Below the pieces are notes generated by a model, which saw only the letters and a list, made by a program, of their open reading frames with translations, did not search any database and was not told the origin of the DNA. DNA of 63,296 nucleotides, counting the filler. It is 4 parts of 4 records of this genome, joined end to end, with 100 filler letters (N's around TTAATTAATTAA, not from the genome) between each part and the next. Parts side by side here need not be neighbours in the genome. Positions count along the whole stretch, not along the records: positions 34,839 to 43,648 come from DRR378314_817; positions 43,749 to 63,296 come from DRR378314_819; 2 more parts are not named here. The stretch is one strand, 5' to 3'. Positions 40,268 to 50,063 of this stretch are shown here, piece after piece. Numbering within the stretch: position 1 is the first letter of the stretch; every line of letters begins with the position of its first letter. The position numbers were made by a program, and so were the translations under genes.

Positions 40268-41620
40268 ATGAGCGACACCCAACCTCTTAACAGCCCTTGG
40301 CACGCCACGCCACAACCTGAGGGTGTCCCCGTGGGGACATCTGCGAAAATCGGGATGACTGTTGAGTTTAGCGGCAAACGTGGTGCGCTGTTCTGGCTGG
40401 CTTTGAAAACCGGTTTCTTCACAATCTTAACACTTGGATTTTACCGCTTCTGGATGAAAACCCGGCTGCGGCGCTGGTATTGGTCCGCGATCCGCCCCGG
40501 TGGTCATGCGATGGAATATACCGGCGATCCGATGGAAAAGCTGTTGGGGTTTTTCATCGCGGTGGTGATCCTCACCTTCTACATCGGCATCGTGAACCTC
40601 TTGCTGATGTTCATCAGCTTCTCGGTCTTTAATTCCTCTGTCATCGGCTATCTGCTGAGCTTTGCCGGGGTGATCCCGATCTGGTTCTATGCCCGCTATC
40701 GCGCCCGTCGTTACGTGCTGGCACGGACCCGTTGGCGCGGGGTGCGCTTCGGGTTGGAGAAAGGCGCATGGGGCTTTGCCATCCGCGCCTTGTGGTACTG
40801 GTTTCTGACGATCATCACAGCGGGCATCCTGTGGCCGCGCATGACCTTTCTGTTAGAGAAATACAAAACCGACCGGACGTTTTTCGGGTCGGCCAGACTG
40901 GTGCAGGGCGGACGTTGGCAGATGCTTTATCGCGCAGCCGTGCCTTTGCTGGCCAGTCTGGTGGTGATGGCGGGGGCGGCGCTCTGGACCATTCAGTTTG
41001 ATCCGGTTTTTGACGGTATGGAGATCGACGGCAGGGCGCTGGCGAACGAGATCGAGGAACTTGCCGCCGGAGATTGGTCTGGATTTGATCTGAACCGGCC
41101 TGAACGCTTGCTGTTATTGCCATTGGCGCTGGCGGGCGTTCTGTTTGGCATGATCTATTACAACTGGGCCAGCAAACGGATGATGGCCAACCACAAATCC
41201 GCCAATGGCATTCAGTTTGCTTCGGCTCTTAGTGGGCTGCGTGTCACCTTGATCTATGTTTTGGGCAATTTCATCGCCTATCTGATGCTGCTGCTGGGCA
41301 TTGTCGCGCTGGTGCTACTGGCGGCGGCGCTGTTCTCGGGCGGCTTCCCGGTTTTCGAGGAAATACCGGGGGCGGCGCTGATGGCCGGTCTGCCGCGCTG
41401 GGTGTCGCTGGTTCTTTTGGCGGCCTTATACCTGTCGTTTTTCCTGCTCTGGGGCGTGCTTTATAACACCTTCGTCACCTTTCCCCTGATGCGCCATATG
41501 GCACGCACCACCAGCCTGCCGGTGGTTGTTGGCTTGCCCCTGATCAGCCAACGCGCGCGGGATGAATTTGCCGAGGCCGAAGGCTTTGCCGAAGCGCTGG
41601 ATCTGGGGGCCGCAATATGA
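40268..41620 (+). CDS. DUF898/YjgN family inner membrane protein
   Basis: FSG...LTLGFYRFWMKTRLRRWYW, YVLARTRWRGVRF; paired with an M48 gene. Confidence 0.88.
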   Translation: MSDTQPLNSPWHATPQPEGVPVGTSAKIGMTVEFSGKRGALFWLALKTGFFTILTLGFYRFWMKTRLRRWYWSAIRPGGHAMEYTGDPMEKLLGFFIAVVILTFYIGIVNLLLMFISFSVFNSSVIGYLLSFAGVIPIWFYARYRARRYVLARTRWRGVRFGLEKGAWGFAIRALWYWFLTIITAGILWPRMTFLLEKYKTDRTFFGSARLVQGGRWQMLYRAAVPLLASLVVMAGAALWTIQFDPVFDGMEIDGRALANEIEELAAGDWSGFDLNRPERLLLLPLALAGVLFGMIYYNWASKRMMANHKSANGIQFASALSGLRVTLIYVLGNFIAYLMLLLGIVALVLLAAALFSGGFPVFEEIPGAALMAGLPRWVSLVLLAALYLSFFLLWGVLYNTFVTFPLMRHMARTTSLPVVVGLPLISQRARDEFAEAEGFAEALDLGAAI

Positions 41621-42711
41621 GTGTTGGCTTTGACGGTCTGGGGGCGGCTTACTTCGACGGTGACAGCCCGGAACCGCAAGAGGTCTCTCTGCATGTTGCG
41701 GCGGGGATTTTGCAGATCGGGTTGGACGATGGCATGATCCTGCGCTGGCCGGTGGAAGAGGTGCGGCGACTGCCGGATCTGGCGGACAGGAACAGGGTGA
41801 TCCTGCGCCGCACAACCGATCCTTTGGCGCGGCTTCATGTGAGAGATCAAAGCCTGCTGAAGCATCTGCCGCAGTTGACCCGCCGCGCGCCGCCAAAAGG
41901 GCGCGGGCGATTGGCGGCTTGGGCCATTGCCGCAGTGGCTGCGGTCGGGGTGCAGATTTTTGTGCTGGTGCCGTTACTGGCGGATAATCTGGCGGGGTTC
42001 ATTCCACCCGAAGGGGAGCGCGCGCTGGGCGAGGCAACCTTTGGCCAGATCCGCGAGGCACTGGATGAAACCGGCCTGAACCCGCTGAACATTTGCGAAG
42101 GGGCAGAGGGGGTTGCCGCGCTGGAGACCTTGGTGCAGCGCCTTGGCGGCGACAATGACCTGCGTCAGGAAATTTCCCTGTCGGTGCTGGATCACGATAT
42201 GGTGAATGCCTTTGCGCTGCCCGGTGGTTTTGTGGTGCTGTTTCGCGGCCTGATTGAGGCGGCAGAAGGGCCAGACGAACTGGCCGCTGTATTGGCCCAT
42301 GAGATTGGCCATGTGGTCAGCAGCGACCCAACGCGCCACGCGCTGCGCTCTGCCGGGTCGATTGGGATATTGGGGCTGTTGTTTGGGGATTTCGCCGGTG
42401 GTGCAGCGGTGCTGTTCCTGACCGAACGGCTGATCTCTGCACAGTACAGTCAGGCAGCGGAAACCGGCGCTGATGCCTTTGCCCATCGGGCGCTGGCAGA
42501 GGCCGGCATCAACCCGGGTGCGCTGGGCGATATGTTTGCGACCTTCCGCGAAAAGCACGGGGATGCAGATGCGGTGACCGCGCATTTCCTAAGCCACCCC
42601 GCATTGGACAAGCGGATCACTGCTGCGCGTGACGCGGTTGAAACGGGGGCGGAGTATACCCCGTCAATGTCTGCGGCGGATTGGGCTGCGGTGCAGAATA
42701 TCTGCAAGTAG
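41617..42711 (+). CDS. M48 family metallopeptidase
   Basis: VNAFALPGG, AVLAHEIGH, YSQAAETGAD, LSHP. Confidence 0.92.
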   Translation: MSVGFDGLGAAYFDGDSPEPQEVSLHVAAGILQIGLDDGMILRWPVEEVRRLPDLADRNRVILRRTTDPLARLHVRDQSLLKHLPQLTRRAPPKGRGRLAAWAIAAVAAVGVQIFVLVPLLADNLAGFIPPEGERALGEATFGQIREALDETGLNPLNICEGAEGVAALETLVQRLGGDNDLRQEISLSVLDHDMVNAFALPGGFVVLFRGLIEAAEGPDELAAVLAHEIGHVVSSDPTRHALRSAGSIGILGLLFGDFAGGAAVLFLTERLISAQYSQAAETGADAFAHRALAEAGINPGALGDMFATFREKHGDADAVTAHFLSHPALDKRITAARDAVETGAEYTPSMSAADWAAVQNICK

Positions 42712-42863
42712 GTATTTGGTTCATTGGATTTGATGTCTGAGAATGGGGCGCTGTCCTCTTGGCACGATGCGATCCTGCATCAGGACCACAAACGGCAATG
42801 GATTGCGCCAGAGCAGGCGCTGCGCTATCGCAGGGAAAGCTGCCAAACGGGGATTACCAACTT

Positions 42864-43430
42864 ATGACACGTCTCTTTGCGATTCTGATCAGCATGACCA
42901 TGCTTGTGGCCTGCAACGGCGCGCGTGATTTACAGAATGCTCCGGTGCCGCTGGGGGATTTCAATCTGGTGCATAACATCGCTGTCGCTCCCAAGGCTTT
43001 CAAAGGGCCGCTAAGCCGGGAAGTCAGCGAAGAGGAGCTGACCAAGGCGCTGACGGATGCCACGGCTGAACGGTTTGGCCGCTACGCAGGTGCGCGGGAC
43101 TATCATTTCGGGATGAGCATCGAGGGGTATGTGCTGGCCCAGCCCGGCATCCCGCTGGTGTTTGCGCCAAAATCGATTCTGGTGATCAACCTGACGGTTT
43201 GGGATGATGCGAAAAACCTGAAACTCACGCCAAAACCGCATCAGATCACAGTGCTGGAATCGCTGGATCAGGGGCCGATTGTCGGATCGGGCTATACCAA
43301 ATCTGCACAAGAACAGCTGAAGAACCTCAGCCAGAATGCAGCCAAACAGATCGAGACCTATCTTGTGAAGCAAAACAAGGAAAAAGGCTGGTTCAATGGC
43401 GGTGGCGAAACAGTCGCAGCCACGGAATAG
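42864..43430 (+). CDS. Putative lipoprotein
   Basis: Signal peptide with lipobox LVAC; GYVLAQPGIP motif. Confidence 0.8.
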   Translation: MTRLFAILISMTMLVACNGARDLQNAPVPLGDFNLVHNIAVAPKAFKGPLSREVSEEELTKALTDATAERFGRYAGARDYHFGMSIEGYVLAQPGIPLVFAPKSILVINLTVWDDAKNLKLTPKPHQITVLESLDQGPIVGSGYTKSAQEQLKNLSQNAAKQIETYLVKQNKEKGWFNGGGETVAATE

Positions 43431-43449
43431 CGCCCGCGTTGAAACACGC

Positions 43450-43478
43450 TTGATTTTACTGTCCAGACCCAATACATC
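43450..43478 (+). promoter_or_regulatory. Putative sigma70 promoter of tuf
   Basis: TTGATT-N17-TACATC. Confidence 0.5.
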
Positions 43479-43546
43479 GCCCGCCATAACGCTTGTCAGA
43501 TATTCTCTGGCAGATTCCATACCGGGCCCGTGTGGCCCCTCAATAA

Positions 43547-43648
<102 letters not shown>

Positions 43649-43748
43649 NNNNNNNNNNNNNNNNNNNNNNNNNNNNNNNNNNNNNNNNNNNNTTAATTAA
43701 TTAANNNNNNNNNNNNNNNNNNNNNNNNNNNNNNNNNNNNNNNNNNNN
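43649..43748. other. Artificial contig spacer
   Basis: N-run with TTAATTAATTAA linker. Confidence 0.99.
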
Positions 43749-44345
43749 CGCCCAGCGGCGCAGGCGTTTCAGGGCAACCTTGATGTTGCGCGTGCCAAGT
43801 TCAACTGTGTCATCCAGGTTCTTGAATTCACGTTTGTCCCAGACTTTCACCGCCCGCTGATGGCGCGATTCATTCTGGCCGATCCGCACCCCTTCGGGGT
43901 TATAGCCATAAGCACCAAAAGGCGAGGTGCCCGCGGTGCCGACCCATTTGTTGCCACCCTGATGCCGACCTTTTTGCTCCTCAAGCCGCTTTTTCAGCGT
44001 CTCCATCAGCTTGTCAAAACCACCGGCGGCTTCGATCTCTGCTTTCTCTTCGGGTGAAAGATGCTTTTCAGCCATCTTTTCCAGCCAGTCCTTGGGGATT
44101 TCAACCGCTTCAAGAACGTCGTCCAAGCCGATGTTTTCCAAGCCTTTAAAGGCGGCTGCAAAGGCTCTGTCGAACTTGTCGATATTGCGTTCGTCTTTGA
44201 CCATTGCAACACGGGCGAGGTAATAGAAAGCCTCGACATCATAGGTGGCGATGCCAGCGGCCATGCCGTCGAGAAACGCCAGAAACTCGCGCATGGAGAC
44301 CGGCACCTTATGGGCGCGCAGCTGATCAAAGAAGGGTAAAAACAT
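43749..44345 (-). CDS. VWA domain protein (CoxE-like MoxR partner), 3'-truncated
   Basis: VPVSMREFL, KDERNIDKFDRAF, RHQGGNKWVGTAGTSPFG, LGTRNIKVAL. Confidence 0.88.
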
Positions 44346-44518
44346 CAGGCAGCCAGCAGAAACCGGTCCAGCAGAACCGTCAGCACCATACCGACAACCA
44401 TAAATGCCATGGCGAATCCGGCGGCATATTGCGCCATATCCTTGCGGTTCCCACCGCGTTTACGGGCAGTATACCCGCCCCATAGCACACCGATAATTCC
44501 TAGACCGATAACGATCAT
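44345..44518 (-). CDS. Small two-TM membrane protein
   Basis: MIVI...ARKRGGNRKDMAQYAAG...; stop overlaps the VWA start. Confidence 0.8.
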   Translation of the reverse strand: MIVIGLGIIGVLWGGYTARKRGGNRKDMAQYAAGFAMAFMVVGMVLTVLLDRFLLAA

Positions 44519-44547
44519 TCGTGACCCCACTTTGTCCGGTGGGCAGC

Positions 44548-45906
44548 TTATCCTTTAAGCGGGTTCAATGATGCGATCTCGCGCAGCTTGGCCCGCACTG
44601 CCCAATCTGGTCCAAAGCCGTATCGCGCCCAGCCGATGCTGTCCAGTCTGACGCTGCGCGCTTCGGCGTGGCGGTTTTCCAGTTCCAGTGCTTCGGAGCG
44701 CAGCAGCAACAAAGTCGACAGCAAGGCGGCGTTTTCGCTGGCGGTTGCGGTGTTGATATGGGGTGCAATGATCCGCAGGGCCTCAGCCCCATCACCGCGG
44801 GTGATGGCATAGGCTGAAAGCTGCGTGGCGACATAGGCGCGGTGCAATCTGGTGCCCGGAGTGTTGGCATAATAGCGCTCTGCCTCGATATAGTGGCGAT
44901 GTGCCAGTTCGGGATCAGAGGTCTGCATCACACGGCCCATGGCGTAATGGGCAAAGGCGCGGCGGTGGTCTTGCCAGCCCATTGCGGTTGCGATGCGGAT
45001 CGCCTCCTTCGCCGAGGAGGTGCGCCCTTCAAAGGAAATGGACCGGCCAAGTGCGGTTTGCACTGCTTTGCTCCACTCACGCGGGGTGCGCGTGGCGTAA
45101 CGGGCCGGTTTATGCACGCCGCGCGGATTGGTGCGGGCCAGAATGCCGGGCAGGGCGGCGGCAACCTGTCCACGGCTCATGCCAGAGCGCAACGCGGGAT
45201 CGTAATAGGTCCGCAGAATCAGCATATCGAAACCGGTCAGCACCGTATGCACATTGTCGTCGTTGAACACGCTGTCCGGCAAGCGGTACAGGTCGTTCAA
45301 CGGACCAAGCGCCTGTGCCAGTTCTTCATGTAGGCAATCGCGTACTTCTTGCGGGCTGGAGTCATTTGGCAGGAAAATCGACAGGCGTTCGCGTTTTTGC
45401 AGCAGGGTCCAATTGGTCTGCGGCTTGCGGCGCGCCTTGCTGTATTCGGCCAGCGAAGAAACATTGGGTGCTACAAAACAGGCGGCCTGAGGCAAAACCG
45501 AACGAATTTCCGCACCGCTCACCGCCTGAATGGTGATATTGGCATCTGCGGCGTTGGTCTGGCTGATGTCAATCCGCGCCTCATTGCGCAGCCGCGAGAT
45601 CAGACGTTTCAGATCGGGACCAAGGGTAGCTGTAGGGTTGCCGGTGACACGCACAGTGATCGGCGTTTCGAACCGGGTAAGCACCGGCAGCTTGCGACCG
45701 CTTTCCATCTGGAACGACAGTTCGATGAAATCCAGCGCCAGATCATTGTTTGAACGCACCGGCGCAAGGGGAACGCTGGTGGCGAAACTCTTCATCGGGG
45801 GCAGCGAGCTGTCGGCGAAATTTGCACGTGTCGCAACGTCATGTTGCGAGGCGGGCACACAGGCGTTCAACAGCATGACCAGTGGCAGGACTGTGCGCGC
45901 TCTCAT
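44548..45906 (-). CDS. DUF2927 family lipoprotein (zincin-like motif)
   Basis: Lipobox LNAC; RDCLHEELAQALGPLND...SVFNDD; helical-repeat C-terminus. Confidence 0.85.
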   Translation of the reverse strand: MRARTVLPLVMLLNACVPASQHDVATRANFADSSLPPMKSFATSVPLAPVRSNNDLALDFIELSFQMESGRKLPVLTRFETPITVRVTGNPTATLGPDLKRLISRLRNEARIDISQTNAADANITIQAVSGAEIRSVLPQAACFVAPNVSSLAEYSKARRKPQTNWTLLQKRERLSIFLPNDSSPQEVRDCLHEELAQALGPLNDLYRLPDSVFNDDNVHTVLTGFDMLILRTYYDPALRSGMSRGQVAAALPGILARTNPRGVHKPARYATRTPREWSKAVQTALGRSISFEGRTSSAKEAIRIATAMGWQDHRRAFAHYAMGRVMQTSDPELAHRHYIEAERYYANTPGTRLHRAYVATQLSAYAITRGDGAEALRIIAPHINTATASENAALLSTLLLLRSEALELENRHAEARSVRLDSIGWARYGFGPDWAVRAKLREIASLNPLKG

Positions 45907-46001
45907 GGACAAAACCCATTGTTCATTGGGGTTTCATTCGGAAAACGACGTGCCACACGCACACCAGAGGAGCGCACGTAAGGTGCTGAACTGATCATCA
46001 T
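45903..46001 (-). CDS. Putative 32-aa leader peptide coupled to DUF2927
   Basis: MMISSAPYVRSSGVRVARRFPNETPMNNGFCP; preceded by AGGCAGTT; TGA overlaps the DUF2927 ATG (ATGA). Confidence 0.45.
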   Translation of the reverse strand: MMISSAPYVRSSGVRVARRFPNETPMNNGFCP

Positions 46002-46071
46002 AACTGCCTGCCTGTCCTTTTTGGACGTTTGGATTTCAGGTCTTATCGCCTTCCATCCGGTCCTTAGTAGG

Positions 46072-46115
46072 GAGCAATTAAGGCAAATTTGGGGCAAATA
46101 AGGCGAATTGGGGCA
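46072..46115 (-). promoter_or_regulatory. Phased GCC direct repeats (possible response-regulator site)
   Basis: TAAGGCAAATTTGGGGCA and TAAGGCGAATTGGGGCA with 20-nt period; GGC/AGC units every 9-11 nt. Confidence 0.5.
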
Positions 46116-46291
46116 GGGGGTATTCGGTTACAACGGGGAATATAGAGCTGGCCAAACAAATGACACAATTAGAAGGGGTTACAGGGACTTCCTAGTGAAT
46201 TTCCTGCCAGCCAGCAGGCGAAACGTTGCAAAGTGCGCACAGGTTGCGGCGCTTTGCTGCAAGTTCGCGATTAACTGTTGATATTATCTGC

Positions 46292-47131
46292 TTAGCGTCC
46301 GCCACGGGCCATAAAGGCCAGACGTTCAAACAAATGCACATCCTGTTCGTTTTTCAACAAGGCCCCATGTAGCTTTGGCAGCGCAGAGGTACCGTCCTTT
46401 TTCAGGTCAGCAGCATCCATATCTTCGGCCAGCAACAGCTTCAGCCAGTCCAGCACCTCTGAGGTTGAGGGCTTTTTCTTCAGCCCTTGCTGGTCGCGGA
46501 TCTCGTAAAACTGGGTCAGCGCGGTGGTCAAAAGGCTTTCCTTGATGTCGGGGTGATGCACCTCGACGATCTTTTTCAGGGTCTCCATGTCGGGGAATTG
46601 AATGTAGTGGAAAAAGCAGCGGCGCAGAAAGGCGTCAGGCAATTCTTTTTCATTGTTCGAGGTGATAATGACAATCGGACGGTTTGCGGCTTTCACCATC
46701 TCGCCGGTCTCATAGACAAAGAATTCCATCTTATCAAGCTCTTGCAGCAGGTCGTTGGGGAATTCAATATCCGCTTTGTCAATCTCGTCGATCAGCAACA
46801 CAACCTTTTCATCCGCTTCAAAAGCCTCCCAGAGCTTGCCCTTGCGGATGTAGTTGGCGACATCATGCACCCGTTCTTCGCCCAGCTGGCTGTCGCGCAA
46901 ACGGCTGACCGCGTCATATTCGTAAAGACCCTGCTGCGCCCGTGTGGTGGATTTGATGTTCCATTCGATCATCCGCAGCCCCAGCGCCGCGGAAACCTGC
47001 TTGGCCAGTTCAGTCTTGCCGGTGCCCGGTTCCCCCTTGACCAGCAGCGGACGTTCCAGCGTCACAGCGGCATTCACAGCAATGGTCAGATCGTCGGTTG
47101 CGACATAATCAGCGGTGCCTTGGAATTTCAT
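46292..47131 (-). CDS. MoxR family AAA+ ATPase
   Basis: GEPGTGKT, LYEYDAVSRLRD, LLIDEIDKAD, ITSN, LPDAFLRRC. Confidence 0.94.
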   Translation of the reverse strand: MKFQGTADYVATDDLTIAVNAAVTLERPLLVKGEPGTGKTELAKQVSAALGLRMIEWNIKSTTRAQQGLYEYDAVSRLRDSQLGEERVHDVANYIRKGKLWEAFEADEKVVLLIDEIDKADIEFPNDLLQELDKMEFFVYETGEMVKAANRPIVIITSNNEKELPDAFLRRCFFHYIQFPDMETLKKIVEVHHPDIKESLLTTALTQFYEIRDQQGLKKKPSTSEVLDWLKLLLAEDMDAADLKKDGTSALPKLHGALLKNEQDVHLFERLAFMARGGR

Positions 47132-47302
47132 CTTACTTTTCAGCCTTCTGATTATGGAGCAGGACAAGCGCCTTTAACCAAAAATCAAAGGGATTGTGTA
47201 GTGACAATTCAAAGTGGCTAAGATAGACGCAGCGTCATTGGGGGGCGACCTCAGGGAGAGGGGTCTCGTATGCCAGAAACGAAAACAGTTGAGGGGTATG
47301 AT

Positions 47303-47725
47303 ATGAAACAGGAAGTTTTCCTGCCTGATAATTATTCACCGGCCGAAGATGAACCTTTCATGAACGACCGTCAGCTTGAGTATTTCCGACGCAAGCTATT
47401 GAATTGGAAAACGGAATTGATGGAGGGCAGCCGGGATACGATTGAATCCCTACAGGATGGCACACGTAATATTCCTGATGTCATTGACCGTTCTTCGGAA
47501 GAAACCGATCGGGCCTTGGAATTGCGCACCCGCGACCGTGCCCGCAAGCTGGTCTCCAAAATCGACGCCGCATTGCGCCGCATTGATGAGGGTGAATTTG
47601 GTTATTGCTCGGTGACGGGTGATCCGATTTCACTCAAGCGGCTGGACGCCCGTCCGATTGCGACGATGAGCCTTGAAGCGCAGGAAAAACACGAGCGGCG
47701 TGAAAAAGTACATCGCGATGACTGA
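47303..47725 (+). CDS. dksA: RNA polymerase-binding protein DksA
   Basis: EPFMNDRQLEYFRRKL, DRSSEE, RDRARKL, GYC...RLDARPIAT (one-Cys alphaproteobacterial type). Confidence 0.96.
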   Translation: MKQEVFLPDNYSPAEDEPFMNDRQLEYFRRKLLNWKTELMEGSRDTIESLQDGTRNIPDVIDRSSEETDRALELRTRDRARKLVSKIDAALRRIDEGEFGYCSVTGDPISLKRLDARPIATMSLEAQEKHERREKVHRDD

Positions 47726-47784
47726 TCGCTAGCCCGGTGTTATTTACATGCGGGTGGGGTCAAAGATAGTTGTGTTGAACAGGA

Positions 47785-47813
47785 AAACGCCGGGGCATCG
47801 CCTCCGGCGTTTC
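47785..47813. terminator. Probable terminator after dksA
   Basis: AAACGCCGGGG-CATCG-CCTCCGGCGTTT. Confidence 0.65.
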
Positions 47814-47830
47814 TGTATTGAGGGGCAGCG

Positions 47831-49003
47831 ATGAATATTTCCAATGCAATTGTTGTAGGCGGCGGGATTGGCGGGCTTGCAGCCGCAGCGGCATTGGCAA
47901 GTCGCGGCGTGGCGGTGACGGTGTTGGAACAGGCCGACGCCCTGCGCGAGGTCGGTGCCGGTTTGCAGGTCAGCCCGAATGGTCTTGCGGTGTTGCGGGC
48001 CCTTGGGCTGGAAGCAGGGTTGCGCGGCAAAGAGGCGGTGCAGGGGCAGGCCGTAGTGCTGCGCGATTTTGCAAAAGGCGCAGAGGTGGCCCGTTTGCCA
48101 CTGGACCGACTGCCGAAGACGCAACGTTACTTCTTTGTGCATCGCGCTGATTTGATTGACCTTCTGGCAGGGGCTGCGAAACGCGCCAATGTGACATTCG
48201 AAATGGGCGCGCAGGTTGCCAGCATCCGCCCCGGCAAGGTGCCGCAGGTGCAGATGGTCGATGGCAGCACACGCCGGGCTGAACTGGTGGTAGCTGCGGA
48301 CGGCATTCATTCCGTGGCACGGCCTGTGTTGAACGGCCCGGACGAGGCGGCGTTTTCCGGTCAGGTTGCCTGGCGGGCATTGGTGCCCAACAGCATCAAC
48401 CATCCGGCCGAGGCTCAGGTGCATATGGGGGCTGCGCGCCATCTGGTCAGCTATCCCTTGCGGGGCGGGCGGTTGATCAATCTGGTTGCCGTGGAAGAAC
48501 GCGAAGGCTGGGCCGCCGAAGGTTGGAATCACACTGATGATCCTTCCTATATGAAAGACGCCTTCGCCGGTTTCGGTGGCGATGCGGCGGAGATGATCAA
48601 TGCGGTTACCGATGTGACGCTCTGGGGGCTGCACCTGCATCCGGTGGCGTCAATCTGGCAACGTGAAGGTGTGGCATTGCTGGGGGATGCGGCCCATCCA
48701 ACCCTGCCGTTTCTGGCGCAGGGGGCGAATATGGCGCTGGAAGATGCTTGGATCTTAGCGGATGCAGCGACCAGCAGGCCGGGCGATTGGCTGGCCGGCT
48801 ATCAACAGCGCCGCGAAGCGCGGGTTAGACGGGTGATCGCAGCGGCCGCGAAAAATGCGCACCGCTACCATCTGCGCCCCGGCCCCATGCGCAGCTTGGC
48901 GCATCTTGGCCTGAAGCTGGGCAGCCGTCTTGCGCCGTCACAAATGCTGGGGGCGTTCAACTGGCTCTATGGCCATGACGTCACGCGCCCCCCAAAGGGC
49001 TAG
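47831..49003 (+). CDS. FAD-dependent monooxygenase (salicylate hydroxylase-like)
   Basis: GGGIGG, EVGAGLQ, ADGIHS, LGDAAHPTLPFLAQGANMALED. Confidence 0.92.
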   Translation: MNISNAIVVGGGIGGLAAAAALASRGVAVTVLEQADALREVGAGLQVSPNGLAVLRALGLEAGLRGKEAVQGQAVVLRDFAKGAEVARLPLDRLPKTQRYFFVHRADLIDLLAGAAKRANVTFEMGAQVASIRPGKVPQVQMVDGSTRRAELVVAADGIHSVARPVLNGPDEAAFSGQVAWRALVPNSINHPAEAQVHMGAARHLVSYPLRGGRLINLVAVEEREGWAAEGWNHTDDPSYMKDAFAGFGGDAAEMINAVTDVTLWGLHLHPVASIWQREGVALLGDAAHPTLPFLAQGANMALEDAWILADAATSRPGDWLAGYQQRREARVRRVIAAAAKNAHRYHLRPGPMRSLAHLGLKLGSRLAPSQMLGAFNWLYGHDVTRPPKG

Positions 49004-50052
49004 GGTTTCGCCCGCTGCAACATGCCGAACAGGTCACGCGGATCATCAGGATCAGCCAGCAGGTCCAGCGGGTGGAACAACCCGGTATCAGCAATCTGGT
49101 CGCGTACGTAACGCAGCGCTGAGAAATCCTCGATGGCAAAGCCGACACTGTCAAACAGGGTGATCTGTTTGTCATCGGTCCGCCCTTTGGCAGCACCGGT
49201 CAGCACCTCCCAGAATTCGGTGACCGGATGATCGGATTCCATCTGCTGAATCTCACCCTCAATCCGGGTCTGTTCGGGATATTCCACAAAGATTTCAGCG
49301 CGGTTCAGAATGGCAGGGGCCAGTTCCGTCTTGCCGGGGCAATCGCCGCCAATGGCGTTGATATGCACCCCTGCGCCAACCATGTTGTCAGTCAGAATGG
49401 TGGCATATTGCTTGTCAGCGGTGCAGGTTGTGATGATCTGCGCACCTTCCATCGACTCTTCTGCCGTTTTGCAAGAGGTCACCCGCAGGCCCATCCCGGC
49501 AAGGTTTTCAGCGCATTTGGCAGTGGCTGCCGGGTCGATATCATAGAGCCGCACCTCTTCGATGCCGACAATGGTTTTCATCGCAAGGCTTTGGAATTCT
49601 GATTGTGTGCCATTGCCGATCATCGCCATGACCTTGGCGTTTTTCGGGGCCAGTACCCGCGCGACCAGTGCAGAAGTCGCCGCCGTACGCAGGGCCGTCA
49701 GCAGGGTCATCTCGCTGAGCAACACAGGGTATCCTGACGCCACATCCGCCAGTAAACCAAAGGCGGTGACCGTCTGTAAACCGTCCGCTGTGTTGGACGG
49801 ATGGCCGTTCACATATTTGAACCCGTATACATCACCATCTGAGGTGGGCATCAGTTCAATCACGCCACTTTCGGAATGGCTAGCCACGCGCGGGGTTTTG
49901 TCAAACAGCTCCCAACGTTTGAAATCGGTCTCGATATAGTCAGCAATGCCGCGCAACATCTCTTCGATGCCAACGTGATGCACCAGTTTCATCATGTGAT
50001 CGACAGAAACAAAAGGCACCAGCGCCTTGGACGAAGGTTTCAGGTTTGTCAT
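49000..50052 (-). CDS. ocd: Ornithine cyclodeaminase
   Basis: IELMP, FKYVNGHP, TALRTAA, GGDCPGKTE, FDSVGFAIEDFS. Confidence 0.95.
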   Translation of the reverse strand: MTNLKPSSKALVPFVSVDHMMKLVHHVGIEEMLRGIADYIETDFKRWELFDKTPRVASHSESGVIELMPTSDGDVYGFKYVNGHPSNTADGLQTVTAFGLLADVASGYPVLLSEMTLLTALRTAATSALVARVLAPKNAKVMAMIGNGTQSEFQSLAMKTIVGIEEVRLYDIDPAATAKCAENLAGMGLRVTSCKTAEESMEGAQIITTCTADKQYATILTDNMVGAGVHINAIGGDCPGKTELAPAILNRAEIFVEYPEQTRIEGEIQQMESDHPVTEFWEVLTGAAKGRTDDKQITLFDSVGFAIEDFSALRYVRDQIADTGLFHPLDLLADPDDPRDLFGMLQRAKP

Positions 50053-50063
50053 GGCAGTATCCT

